From the NCBI GenBank assembly GCA_017387685.1, contig JAFOEU010000055.1, positions 89,989 to 153,988 on the forward strand: a DNA stretch of 64,000 bases. Direction: 5' to 3'. Of this stretch, positions 25,515 through 34,697 are shown one piece after another (within the stretch, counting starts at the first letter, position 1; every line of letters begins with the position of its first letter). The DNA is from Clostridia bacterium. GTDB lineage: Bacteria; Bacillota; Clostridia; Oscillospirales; CAG-272. Both the position numbers and the translations under genes were made by a program. Below the pieces are notes generated by a model. The model had not been told where the DNA came from and searched no databases. It saw only the letters and a program-made list of their open reading frames with translations.

Positions 25515-25738
25515 ACTCCTTCCGAACAGCCGCCGGGGCGGCGTCTGTTCGAAGCGCGGAGGGAGTTTCGCCGTCTGCGGACGGCGACTTAAGGCTCTGC
25601 CTTAAGAAACCGCAAGTTTTTGAAAAAACTTGACTAAAACTTTCCCGCTATCTTTATTTCGCCGCAGGCGAATTATCACTCTCGCGAAGCGAGATTATAA
25701 CTCTGCCGTAGGCAGATTATCACTCGCGCTCTGCGCGA
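25515..25738 (-). repeat. composite repeat (reverse orientation) ending in ATTATCACT + mini-hairpin units
   Basis: ACTCCTTCCGAA...TTCGAAGCGC..GGGAGTTTCG-CCGTCTGCGGACGG-CGACTTAAGG...AAAACTTTCCCGCT, then the array at 25657-25738. The mazF ORF ends inside the array. Confidence 0.8.
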
Positions 25739-26156
25739 CAACCCCCGCCTCCGCCACAGCCGCAGGCTGTACCTCCACTCCCTCCCCATACGCTCCTGCG
25801 GGAGGCAGCACTATACCAAAGCTCACCGCGATCGCGTTGTTGACTCTATCCATCATCTCATCGTCGAGGTGTCCCATCCGCTCGCGCAGGCGGCGTTTGT
25901 CGAGCGTTCTGATCTGCTCGAGCAGTATCACCGAATCCCTCGCCAGTCCCGCGCGCTCGGCGTATATGTCGATATGTGTGGGCAGGCGCGTTTTGCTCAT
26001 TCGCGATGTAATTGCCGCCGCTATCACGGTCGGACTGTATTTATTCCCAACGTCGTTTTGTATTATCAGCACGGGCCGAAGTCCGCCCTGCTCCGAGCCG
26101 ACGACGGGCGAAAGATCTGCATAATATATATCCCCTCTGCGTATCTGCGAGTTCAT
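25695..26156 (-). CDS. mazF: MazF/EndoA-type endoribonuclease toxin with a ~35-aa C-terminal extension
   Basis: [44 protein letters not shown]...LPTHIDI...[17 protein letters not shown] is very close to B. subtilis EndoA as I remember it. The tail [37 protein letters not shown] has no counterpart there. Confidence 0.85.
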   Translation of the reverse strand: MNSQIRRGDIYYADLSPVVGSEQGGLRPVLIIQNDVGNKYSPTVIAAAITSRMSKTRLPTHIDIYAERAGLARDSVILLEQIRTLDKRRLRERMGHLDDEMMDRVNNAIAVSFGIVLPPAGAYGEGVEVQPAAVAEAGVVAQSASDNLPTAEL

Positions 26157-26339
26157 TTTCTTTCTCTTCCTTTCCTTGGTCTATCACTATTCTTGACCGC
26201 ATACGCATGTTTCAAACACCGAAGAAAGCTTTCGCTCTTGGAAATTTTTCCTCATTGTCATTATATGTCGGAAGAAAAGATATTGACTTTGAGATCGGAT
26301 GGTGATATAATTATAAAAAACTCACTCGGAGGTTCTGCT

Positions 26340-27149
26340 ATGAATTACTGGACACAATCAAAGGATAATATATACGTTGCCGCTCATCGCGGATGGAGCA
26401 CCGTTTACCCCGAAAATACTCTCCTCGCATTTAAAAAGGCTATCGAGATCGGTGTTGACCAGATCGAGACCGACGTTCGCATCACCCGCGACGGCGAGCT
26501 TGTCTGCATCCACGATGCCGCCGTCGACCGCACCACAAACGGCACGGGTAAGGTCTGCGACAAGACTCTCGCCGAGCTCAAAACTCTCGACGCAGGCTCT
26601 TGGAAGGGCGCGGAATTCGCGGGCGAGCGCATCCCCACCTTCATCGAGTTTATGGAGCTCGTCAAGGATCATCCCACGATGACCCTCGATATTGAGCTTA
26701 AGGAATACCCCGTTGACGGACGTGACGAGATCGCATACGAGGTCTGCGACCGCGTGCTTAAGATCATAGATGATTACGGCTTTACCGACCGCGTGGTCAT
26801 CAACACCTTCAACGGCAAGCTCCACGAATATATGGAAGAGAAGTACGGCTCGAAATACCGCCGCCACATCTACTACCCCCTCACCCACATGGGCAAGGTC
26901 AAGCGCGACCCCTACACCTCCTCGGCGTACTGCTGCTGTATGTTCCGCGCACTTTACAGCCCGATCAATATGGCGACAAAGGAGGAATTCGACCGTATGA
27001 TCGCTCTCGGAGTCCGTCCTTGGGCACCCGCGGGAGTCAAGACTCAGGAGCACGTTGACGAGGTCATCGCCTGCGGCGGCGAGCTTATCACTTGCAATAA
27101 TCCCGATGAGATCCTTGCATTTTTGAGAAACAGAGGAAAGCATAATTAA
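26340..27149 (+). CDS. glycerophosphodiester phosphodiesterase (second copy)
   Basis: ORF 25869..27149 is trimmed to the ATG at 26340, which has a GGAGG RBS and the promoter TTGACT-17-TATAAT (about 26284-26312). Contains the motifs AAHRGWSTVYPENT and ETDVRITRDGELVCIHD. Confidence 0.85.
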   Translation: MNYWTQSKDNIYVAAHRGWSTVYPENTLLAFKKAIEIGVDQIETDVRITRDGELVCIHDAAVDRTTNGTGKVCDKTLAELKTLDAGSWKGAEFAGERIPTFIEFMELVKDHPTMTLDIELKEYPVDGRDEIAYEVCDRVLKIIDDYGFTDRVVINTFNGKLHEYMEEKYGSKYRRHIYYPLTHMGKVKRDPYTSSAYCCCMFRALYSPINMATKEEFDRMIALGVRPWAPAGVKTQEHVDEVIACGGELITCNNPDEILAFLRNRGKHN

Positions 27150-27208
27150 GTGCAGAGTTCAGAGTGCAGAATGCAGAGTTAAGGTAAATTTTCGCGTTGC
27201 GAAAATTA
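27150..27208 (+). repeat. repeat arm: GTGCAGA heptamers + TTAAGGTAAATTTTCGC-GTT-GCGAAAATT
   Basis: The arm starts on the nucleotide after the stop codon. The AATTTTGTGCGGTGCTGAT module also seen at 5350 follows it. Confidence 0.85.
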
Positions 27209-27275
27209 TTTCTGCGATAATTTTGTGCGGTGCTGATAAGATTTTGTGCTGAATTGAAATTGGAAGAGTAAATTG

Positions 27276-27323
27276 AAAAACTCGGATATTTTGAAGCTGG
27301 GCTTCTCGATATCCGAGTTTCTT
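27276..27323. terminator. bidirectional terminator
   Basis: AAAAACTCGGATATTTTGAAGC...CTCGATATCCGAGTTTCTT. It has the same CTCGGATAT stem as the terminators at 5402 and 45224. Confidence 0.75.
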
Positions 27324-27329
27324 ATTTAT

Positions 27330-29090
27330 TTAGGGAAGGACTATCATAAGTCCGTTCGCGACTGCACGGAGTGAGCCGGCGGAGGGGCTGTTTTCGGTTA
27401 CGAGCTCTCCCTTTTCGTTTTTGAGGATGAAGGTACTCGATCCGCCGCCGTCGAGGTTGATCGCGTTGACGCAATCGAGGGTGGACATGATGTACGCGAG
27501 GTCGGCGAGAGACGCGCCGTTCGAGATCTCGGGCTGTCTGCCGTCAACGACGATGAGCACGATCGTTCCGTCCGAGGTCACGCCCGCCGCGGTACGGGGA
27601 TGGCGGGTGTCGGAGAATTCTGTTCCGATCGAGAGGTTGTCAGTGCCGCCGTTTTTGAGGATTATGTGCGAGCCGCCGACAGCGGTGAAGAGCTTGTCCT
27701 TATAGTTCGCGTATTCGGCAGAAGTACCCATAACGGCGTTGCCGTCGTTTGTGATTCCGAACCAGGGGCGTTCACCGGTGCCGCTGATAAACACGCCGTC
27801 CTTGATGCAAAGACCGCGCATCACATTCGTTCCGCCCATATCGAAGAAGTCGGCGTTGACTCCCGCGATAACGTTTTTGCCGTTCGAGATCGCGGAGGTG
27901 AGCTGTTTCTTCATATTTGCAACTGTACCCTTCTTGTCCGCGCTGTCGGAGGGCATCGTGGTCAGGATAGTCGCCGCGCCCGGCTTTATGCTGATAGCAT
28001 AAGCGCGAACGTTTGCGGAATTTTTATCGGTATAAACGATCTCGGTGTAGATGACGCCGGGTGCGACCTCGACCGAGGTTCTTGTTGCCTCGCGGAGCTT
28101 ATTCGTTCCGTTTGGAACGTGGAGTCCCGAGAGGTTTCGGCTGCCTGAAAGCTCGATCTTATATTCGCCCGAAACGCCTGTGGGCATATATTCATAGAGG
28201 AATCTTTGCGCGCCTGCCGCGCCTGCAGAATCGCCCTTGAAGTCGATAAAGATATTACCGTCCGCTTCTGTGATAAAATAGCGGTTTGTAGCGAAATACT
28301 TCTGATCGCCGTGGCTTCCGTCGGGCTTGCCACAGCCGTAGAATATCGCGGGACCGCCCTTATAGTTCGCAATCGGAACGGTTTTGAGGTTGACTCCGCA
28401 GACCTTGCTGATGCCCTGAATGATCAGATCGATATTCTTGCCGTTCTTTGTTGCATCGACGATCGAGTATTCGGAGATCTCGCGCTCGCCGAGCTGGAGG
28501 GAGGTTATCGGATAGCCATTTGTATAAAGCTGATTTTGACCTGCCTTGAGCTCTGCCGCCGTGCCCTCAGACGTGACCTTGCCGTTCTTGTCCTCGGTGT
28601 AGCCGAAGATATCCTTGAGGAAGTTTTCAACTGCGGTAACGGTCGATTCGGGCGAGCCGCCGCAGATGACGATCACGTTTTCGCTGACGATCTTATAGGT
28701 CCAATCGTAGTATGTAAGCGACTCGCGTGCCGCAACGGAATCGGCGCGGTTGGTTGCACCGACAAGTATTTCGTATTCGTTCGGAACGACCTCGGCACCC
28801 TTTTTGGTGAAGTCGGTCGTCATCGGGAGCTTGAAGCCCATCGCGCTTTCAAGACCGCGAGAGAGGAGCTGTATTGCCGCCACCTCGCTTGAATCCGAAT
28901 CGTCGGGTCGGACGAGTTTATAATCCGCCGTCAGGGAAAATGAGGGAGATTCGGTTTCGGGAGCGTCGGTGATAGCTTCGGTTATCTGTTCTGTTGTGAT
29001 CTCACCTTCGCCGCCCGTGCAGGATACAGCACCGAGCAGGATGCAGGCGAGCATAATAAGAGAAAGTAATCTCAAAAATTTATTTTTCAT
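27330..29090 (-). CDS. lipoprotein with a C-terminal phosphodiester glycosidase (NAGPA/DUF2233-like) domain
   Basis: Lipobox LLGAVSC. The C-terminal region GVNADFFDMGG...RTAAGVTSDGTIVLIVVDGRQ...NLDGGGSSTF is present. Confidence 0.7.
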   Translation of the reverse strand: MKNKFLRLLSLIMLACILLGAVSCTGGEGEITTEQITEAITDAPETESPSFSLTADYKLVRPDDSDSSEVAAIQLLSRGLESAMGFKLPMTTDFTKKGAEVVPNEYEILVGATNRADSVAARESLTYYDWTYKIVSENVIVICGGSPESTVTAVENFLKDIFGYTEDKNGKVTSEGTAAELKAGQNQLYTNGYPITSLQLGEREISEYSIVDATKNGKNIDLIIQGISKVCGVNLKTVPIANYKGGPAIFYGCGKPDGSHGDQKYFATNRYFITEADGNIFIDFKGDSAGAAGAQRFLYEYMPTGVSGEYKIELSGSRNLSGLHVPNGTNKLREATRTSVEVAPGVIYTEIVYTDKNSANVRAYAISIKPGAATILTTMPSDSADKKGTVANMKKQLTSAISNGKNVIAGVNADFFDMGGTNVMRGLCIKDGVFISGTGERPWFGITNDGNAVMGTSAEYANYKDKLFTAVGGSHIILKNGGTDNLSIGTEFSDTRHPRTAAGVTSDGTIVLIVVDGRQPEISNGASLADLAYIMSTLDCVNAINLDGGGSSTFILKNEKGELVTENSPSAGSLRAVANGLMIVLP

Positions 29091-29103
29091 TCTTTACCTC
29101 TGA

Positions 29104-29225
29104 GTTTTCCGCGGGGGGTTCGCGCTCTGCGGAGCGCGACTTAAGGAACTTTTTGAAAAAAGTTTCAGCCTGCTTGCAGGCATAGGATCATTCAAAAACT
29201 TTTCCGCTGATGTTTTTGCTTTTGG
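29104..29225 (-). repeat. composite repeat copy lacking the word array
   Basis: GGTTCG-CGCTCTGCGGAGCG-CGACTTAAGGAACTTTTTGAAAAAAGTT...AAAAACTTTTCCGCTGATGTTTTTG. Confidence 0.7.
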
Positions 29226-29227
29226 GG

Positions 29228-29791
29228 TTAGTCTATGGGGTTGCCTTCTTTGTCGAAGAGGGGGAGCTTTTCGAGGTAGATGAGGTCATCGCGCTTGGTC
29301 GCGTCGCCCTCGGCGAGGATCGCCATTCTGCCGCAGATGATACCGCCCGCCGCGTTTACGAGCTTTTCGATAGCAAGGAGGGATTCGCCCGTCGAGATAA
29401 CGTCATCGACGATGAGGATGCGCTTGCCCTTCATAAGGTCAGCATCCGCCTTATCAAGATAAAGCTTCTGCTCCTTTGCGGTGGTGATGGAGTTTACTGT
29501 GACCTCGAAAACGCCCGTCATATAGAGCTTTGCCGCCTTGCGCGCGAGGAAGTATTTCTGATTTCCCGCAAGTCTTGCCATTTCGTGAACGAGCGGAATG
29601 CCCTTCGCCTCGGCGGAGATGAGGTAATCGTATTCGGGCGCGAGATCGAGCATCTTCTGCGCGCAAGCGGTGGTCAGCTCGGGGTCACCGAAGATGACGA
29701 ATGCGCCGATCTGGAGATCATCGTTGAGCTTGCAGAGAGGGAGCGCGCGGTCAAGTCCCGCGATATTCATATTGTAATGTGTTTTAGCCAT
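29228..29791 (-). CDS. phosphoribosyltransferase family protein (purine PRTase-like)
   Basis: PRPP loop ILIVDDVISTGES. ORF 29228..29959 is trimmed to the ATG at 29791. Confidence 0.65.
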   Translation of the reverse strand: MAKTHYNMNIAGLDRALPLCKLNDDLQIGAFVIFGDPELTTACAQKMLDLAPEYDYLISAEAKGIPLVHEMARLAGNQKYFLARKAAKLYMTGVFEVTVNSITTAKEQKLYLDKADADLMKGKRILIVDDVISTGESLLAIEKLVNAAGGIICGRMAILAEGDATKRDDLIYLEKLPLFDKEGNPID

Positions 29792-29881
29792 GGTTTTTAC
29801 CGTCCTTGAATGAATTTTTCTTCCATATATAATTATACACGCGTGTGCGAAAAAGTCAAGTCCTTTTTGAATAAAAATGTG

Positions 29882-29910
29882 TTGACAAAGCCTTTTTGGT
29901 ATGGTAAAAT
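29882..29910 (+). promoter_or_regulatory. sigma-A type promoter
   Basis: TTGACA, a 17-nt spacer, then TGG-TAAAAT (extended -10). Confidence 0.6.
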
Positions 29911-29940
29911 AAATTATCCCTATGAAAGGAATGACATTTG

Positions 29941-31005
29941 ATGAAAAAGCTGTTTTCAATCTTCGCCATTATCCTGACCGCAATAATTTTTACAACTTCG
30001 GCTTTCGCCGCGCCGCGTGACGAGGCAGAGCCCGGCGAGGCTTACAATATAATCTACTACGAAGAATTTAATTACGACAATACGCAGGGCAACGATGCCG
30101 TGCTGAAGCTTCTCGGATGGAGCGCGCTTTCGAAGTCGGCTAAGACCGCGGTCACCGATCCGACGGCGAAGCTCTCTATCGTAAACGGCAAGCTTTACGT
30201 TAACAATAATATTAGCGGAGGCAAGGACTCCTATTTTATGATCCTGAACGATGATCAGATGACGTCACCGTGGATGGGGGACTACACCGTTCAGTTCGAC
30301 GTTACGCTTACATCGTCGGGCGACAATGCGCGCTATATCGCGCTTCTGACCGATTATGACGAGAGCACGAAGGGATATTATCATTCCTTCCACCTGCGCA
30401 TCAACGGCTCGGCGAATAATCAGGCGAGAATCAACAGCAATTGGACTACCTTTGACGCGCCCGGCAAGTATTACGCCGCCGATCAGGACGATACCGACGG
30501 CACGAGCACGATCGCAAAGAAGCTCCTCGGCAAGGATTTCGACGGCTCGCCTTTGCTTAAAAACGTCAGCCTGACCGTCAGAGTAGTCAATGAAAAGATG
30601 GATATCGGACCGCGAGTTTATATCAGAAACAATTCCGCGGGCGGAGATTTCGTTCTCGTTTCCCGCGCGGGCGGCGTTGAGGAGAGCGATATAACGAGCG
30701 GCGCGTACAGACAGACGGGCGGCAAGGCGATTACGCTTAAGGCGGGCGGTACGATCAACGGGTTCGTCGACAATATAGTCGTCTATCTCGGCAACGGAGA
30801 GCCCGTTTGGGAGGAGATCAAGATGCCCGAGACTACCGCAGAGCCCGAAACAACGACCGTGCCCGAGACTGTGGCACCCGAAACAGCATCCGCACCCGAA
30901 ACCGAACCGATGCCCGAATCTGAGGGATGCACCTCGACCGTATCCGCATCCGCGATAGTATTGATCGCTGTCGGCGCGGCGTTTGTGATGAGGAAAAGAA
31001 GATAA
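29941..31005 (+). CDS. secreted protein with a Pro/Glu/Thr-rich linker and a C-terminal TM anchor
   Basis: Signal peptide MKKLFSIFAIILTAIIFTTSAFA. The C-terminus is IVLIAVGAAFVMRKRR. No LPXTG motif was seen. Confidence 0.6.
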   Translation: MKKLFSIFAIILTAIIFTTSAFAAPRDEAEPGEAYNIIYYEEFNYDNTQGNDAVLKLLGWSALSKSAKTAVTDPTAKLSIVNGKLYVNNNISGGKDSYFMILNDDQMTSPWMGDYTVQFDVTLTSSGDNARYIALLTDYDESTKGYYHSFHLRINGSANNQARINSNWTTFDAPGKYYAADQDDTDGTSTIAKKLLGKDFDGSPLLKNVSLTVRVVNEKMDIGPRVYIRNNSAGGDFVLVSRAGGVEESDITSGAYRQTGGKAITLKAGGTINGFVDNIVVYLGNGEPVWEEIKMPETTAEPETTTVPETVAPETASAPETEPMPESEGCTSTVSASAIVLIAVGAAFVMRKRR

Positions 31006-31012
31006 TAAAGAT

Positions 31013-31048
31013 CAACCGCATTCCGAAAAAAGGAATGCGGTTGTTTTT
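31013..31048. terminator. bidirectional terminator
   Basis: CAACCGCATTCC-GAAAAAA-GGAATGCGGTTG followed by TTTTT. Confidence 0.8.
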
Positions 31049-32541
31049 CAGCAATAGTATATTTTTCCCTCGCGGTCGCCGAGGATTTCTTTTACGGCTT
31101 TTTCGGCGTTTTCGTCGAAAATGAGATCGTCGGGCTCGGAAATTTTGTTCTCGCCGTAGCGGCCAAGCACACCACCGCGATGTTGGATATAGGTATTTCC
31201 ATCCATTTTGGGGCAGGATGCTCCATCGAGTGCCACCGTGTGGATCATCCTATAAGCCGCGCGGTCGAAAATATTATTGCGGATGACGAAATTCCGCGCC
31301 GTGTTTGTGTAGCTCCAGCCTTTGATATGCGCGGGGGTGTGGGTATTGTGCCTCTGCTGACCCCAGCCGAAGCCGGAGCGACGGAGGATATTTCCCTCGA
31401 TCAAGCAACCGTCGATAACGCTGCCGTCCACGCCGCGGTTTTCGTCGAGAAAATACTCGATCGAATAAACGCAGTTTTCCACAAGGTTGCCGATGTATTT
31501 TATATTTTTCAGCTCGAAGGGCTTGCCGTTCGTAGTGATCTGATGCGTGATGCTCGCATCGTAGACCTGATAAATATAGCAATCCTTGACCGTATAACCG
31601 TCGCAACCGCCGTAGATCTCAATGCCGTTGCCGTAGCGGGTCACGCTGCCGCGACGTCCTTCGGGGTAGTTCGGGTCGGTACCCGCATAGTGCTGTATCG
31701 CTCCACCGATCCAGCCGATCTCACAGCCTTCAACGCGGAGATTTCGCGTTGTTCCCGCTGAAATTGCATGCGTTCCGACGTATTTTATGCAGATATTTTC
31801 GATAGTCACGCCCTCGTTTCTACCGACGAAAAACATATGTCTGCGCGTGAGGGATTCGATCGAACTGAAAACTTCACCCGGATTTCCCGCGTCACAGCGA
31901 AGATAAAGCTCGCCTCGCGACTCCCAATCGAGCGCGGGGATCGGAAAATCCTCGCCCTTGGAGGGCTTTTCGGTCAAAACCGAGTCGATCTTACAAAAAA
32001 CGTCAAGATCTTCGGTCATTTCCTCGGATATGATGAATTCTTTTTCCTCATCGTAACGGCAGACAAATCTGCCGCCGCGGTAAGAGGGTATCAGCTTGCG
32101 CGAGTGCGCCTCGCCGCCGTTGAAAACGAGCGTGCCGCAATCGAGCGCTTTTTCTTGCAGTTTCCAAACGTGCTTTTCAGAGTCGTAAATTTCCCACAGA
32201 TCAGGATCTGCATAGTTCTTCTCCGAGCCGTAAAGCCGTGGCTTTTCGCCCACTCCGTAAGCGCAATATTTAACCGACGGGCGGGTTTTGACGAATCCTC
32301 GGAAGACGTCACCGCGGCGGAATCGTACCTCGTCGCCCTCGGCAAACTCAAAGGACGAAACGCGGGAGAGGTTTTTCCAAGGGGTTGCCTCGCTTTTGCC
32401 GTCATTTTCATCGTCGCCGTCCGCACTTACGAAATATACACACCCGCACGACGTGGGTGCGTCGGGCAGGGTGAGGATTTCATTTTTACGTTTTTCGGCA
32501 AGCTTTTCTATCTCGGAGAGTATATTTTTGCCGTTTTTCAT
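31048..32541 (-). CDS. right-handed beta-helix repeat protein (no signal peptide seen)
   Basis: Repeated motifs of the GVTIENICIKY, NLRVEGCEIG and YTVKDCYIY type. The gene is translationally coupled to pepF (TGAttATG). Confidence 0.6.
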   Translation of the reverse strand: MKNGKNILSEIEKLAEKRKNEILTLPDAPTSCGCVYFVSADGDDENDGKSEATPWKNLSRVSSFEFAEGDEVRFRRGDVFRGFVKTRPSVKYCAYGVGEKPRLYGSEKNYADPDLWEIYDSEKHVWKLQEKALDCGTLVFNGGEAHSRKLIPSYRGGRFVCRYDEEKEFIISEEMTEDLDVFCKIDSVLTEKPSKGEDFPIPALDWESRGELYLRCDAGNPGEVFSSIESLTRRHMFFVGRNEGVTIENICIKYVGTHAISAGTTRNLRVEGCEIGWIGGAIQHYAGTDPNYPEGRRGSVTRYGNGIEIYGGCDGYTVKDCYIYQVYDASITHQITTNGKPFELKNIKYIGNLVENCVYSIEYFLDENRGVDGSVIDGCLIEGNILRRSGFGWGQQRHNTHTPAHIKGWSYTNTARNFVIRNNIFDRAAYRMIHTVALDGASCPKMDGNTYIQHRGGVLGRYGENKISEPDDLIFDENAEKAVKEILGDREGKIYYC

Positions 32542-32543
32542 AA

Positions 32544-34328
32544 TCAGATAAGCTTTGCGAGCTCGTCGACGGTCTCGTCGAAGATCTTCATCGCATCGCG
32601 AACGGTGTCGGGCTTGGTTAGATCGACACCCGCGATCTTGAGCTCCTCAAGCGGATAATCTGAGCCGCCGGTGGTGAGGAACTTGAGATAGTTCGAGGGA
32701 TCGCCGCCCTCCGCGATCTTGCCCGCGATTGCAACTGCCGAGCAGAAGCCGGTGGAGTACTGATAAACGTAGAACGCGCGGTAGAAGTGGGGGATATAGG
32801 ACCACTCGTACTGCATTACGTCATTGATCTCCGCGCCCTCGTAGTATTTGGTGATGAGTGCCTTATAAACTGCGTTAAGTGCCTGTGCAGTCAGGGGCTT
32901 GCCCGCCTCGCACATAGCGTGCGACTCGCGCTCAAATTCTGCAAAGAGTGTCTGACGGAGTACGGTGCCGCGGAAGCCCTCAAGGAAGTGGTTGAGGATA
33001 TACGCGCGCTTCTTCGGATCGGTCTCGGTCTTGAGGAGATACTTGGTGAGAAGGACCTCGTTGACGGTCGATGCGACCTCGGCAACCATTATGCGGTAGT
33101 CGTGGTTGACGTAATCCTGAGCCTCGCTCGAGAAGTAGGAGTGCATAGCGTGGCCGAGCTCGTGCGCGAGGGTGAAGGCATCGTCGAGGGTGTCGGTGTA
33201 GTTGAGCATAACGTAGGGGTGAACGCCGTAAACGCCCGCGGAGAACGCGCCGGTCGATTTGCCCTTGTTCTCGTAAACGTCGATCCAATGGTTGTTGTAC
33301 GCCTCGTCAAGGAGCGCAACGTATCTCTCGCCAAGGGGAGCGCAAGCCTTCTTTACGAGCTCCTTTGCGTTTTCGTAGGGCAGAGTTTCTGCAACGCCCT
33401 CAACGATCGGAACGTAGAGATCGAACATATCTACCTTTTCCTTGCCGAGTGCGCGAGCGCGGAGCTCGATATACTTCTTCATCGTGGGGATCGCCTCGTG
33501 GATCTCGTCGATGAGGTTGTTATAGACCGAAAGCGGAACGTTGCCTGCGGAAAGAGCCGCCTCGAGAGCCGAAGAATATCCGCGAGCCTTTGCGCGGAAG
33601 CAGTCGAACTTGACAGAACCGCCGTAGGTTGCCGCGATAGTGTTGATGAACTTCTTGTAGGTGCCGAACATCTTCTCGAAAGCGTCCTCGCGCACCTTGC
33701 GGCACTCGCTCTCGCGGTAAACGCCGAAGTTTCCGCCCGTGAGGGGAAGTTCCTCGCCATTCTCACCGATGACGTTCGGGAATTCCATATCAACGCCCGT
33801 GAGCATATCGTAAGCATCGCCGGGCGAAGACGCGCCCTCGCTCATACCCGCGAGAAGTGCCTCGCTCTTTTCGTCGAGAACGTGCTCTGCGGAGCGGATG
33901 AGGTCGGTGATCGTGAAGCGGTATTTTTCAAGGCGCGGGCAGGTGTCGAGGTAGGAAAGGAGCGTTTCCTTGCCGAGGGTGAGCATTTCAGGCTCGGAAT
34001 AGGAAACTGCGGTGCTGAACTTGACGTAAAGGCTCATTGCGCGAGCGGACATATCCTGATATTCGGGATCTGAGTTGTCGGCTTCCTTGTGAAGGAACGC
34101 GTAGCTGTAAGCCTTCTCAAACTTCTCGGCAACGCCGTAGATAGCGTCAAGACCGTCGGCGAGAGCTTCGGCGGATGCGGTGAGCTTGCCCTTATAGGAC
34201 GCGGCAACCTCGATAGCCTTTTCAGCCTCAACGAGCGCGGCTTCCCAATCAGCCTTTGTGGCAAAAATGTGCGAAAAATCCCACATAAATTCGGGATTCA
34301 TATCTTTTCTCTGTTTAGGTTCTTGCAT
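32544..34328 (-). CDS. pepF: oligoendopeptidase F (M3B)
   Basis: HELGHAMH zinc motif. The protein is 594 aa and the RBS is GGAGGA. Confidence 0.9.
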   Translation of the reverse strand: MQEPKQRKDMNPEFMWDFSHIFATKADWEAALVEAEKAIEVAASYKGKLTASAEALADGLDAIYGVAEKFEKAYSYAFLHKEADNSDPEYQDMSARAMSLYVKFSTAVSYSEPEMLTLGKETLLSYLDTCPRLEKYRFTITDLIRSAEHVLDEKSEALLAGMSEGASSPGDAYDMLTGVDMEFPNVIGENGEELPLTGGNFGVYRESECRKVREDAFEKMFGTYKKFINTIAATYGGSVKFDCFRAKARGYSSALEAALSAGNVPLSVYNNLIDEIHEAIPTMKKYIELRARALGKEKVDMFDLYVPIVEGVAETLPYENAKELVKKACAPLGERYVALLDEAYNNHWIDVYENKGKSTGAFSAGVYGVHPYVMLNYTDTLDDAFTLAHELGHAMHSYFSSEAQDYVNHDYRIMVAEVASTVNEVLLTKYLLKTETDPKKRAYILNHFLEGFRGTVLRQTLFAEFERESHAMCEAGKPLTAQALNAVYKALITKYYEGAEINDVMQYEWSYIPHFYRAFYVYQYSTGFCSAVAIAGKIAEGGDPSNYLKFLTTGGSDYPLEELKIAGVDLTKPDTVRDAMKIFDETVDELAKLI

Positions 34329-34430
34329 GGTTTTTTCCTCCGTGGATTTATTATACGGTATAATTATATCAAATTAATCGTAGGAATGCAATAGTTTTGG
34401 CGAAAAGAATGAATAAAAGGATAAGGTGAG

Positions 34431-34645
34431 AGGGGATAATAGAGATAAGTTGCTCCCGAAGGGAGCAGTGATAATCTCGCTTCGCGAGAGTGATAATCCG
34501 CCTTTCGGCGGAGTGATAATTTGCCTGCGGCAAAGTAAAGGTAAATTTCCTCGCTTTGCTCGGAAATTATCGAATGATTTATTTACTTTCAGCGAAGCTG
34601 AAATTATCACTCTCGCGAAGCGAGATCATCACTGCCCCTCGGGCA
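34431..34645. repeat. foldback element with AGTGATAAT + mini-hairpin arms (about 4 left units, 2 right units)
   Basis: The left arm is 34431-34535. The junction hairpin AAGGTAAATTTCCTCGC-TTTG-CTCGGAAATT is at 34536-34568. The right arm TTTCAGCGAAGCTGAAATTATCACTCTCGCGAAGCGAGATCATCACT is at 34587-34645. Confidence 0.8.
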
Positions 34646-34697
34646 CCTTATTCGGCGTGCGGTTTTTACATATTAAATTCACGAAAGGCATTTGATT

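Noticed and set aside
25137-25592. A 151-aa + strand ORF across the type I locus
   Set aside because: It spans two promoters, a terminator hairpin and repeat modules. It has no RBS and looks non-protein-like. The convergent small-RNA and small-ORF interpretation explains the signals better.
23026-25738. Inverted AGTGATAAT/ATTATCACT arms 2.7 kb apart enclosing fba, a small gene and the toxin loci, considered as a composite element
   Set aside because: Arms are so dense in this window that such pairing is expected by chance. fba is a core gene with its own promoter and terminator. The point is kept only as context under the mazF finding.
25869-26339. N-terminal extensions of track ORFs (25869..27149, 41111..42547, 51518..52534, 29228..29959, 38136..39413, 48161..49222, 7150..7740, 1361..2638 and others)
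   Set aside because: The upstream parts overlap neighbouring genes, promoters or repeats. Internal ATGs with good RBSs coincide with the expected family N-termini, so I trimmed to those.
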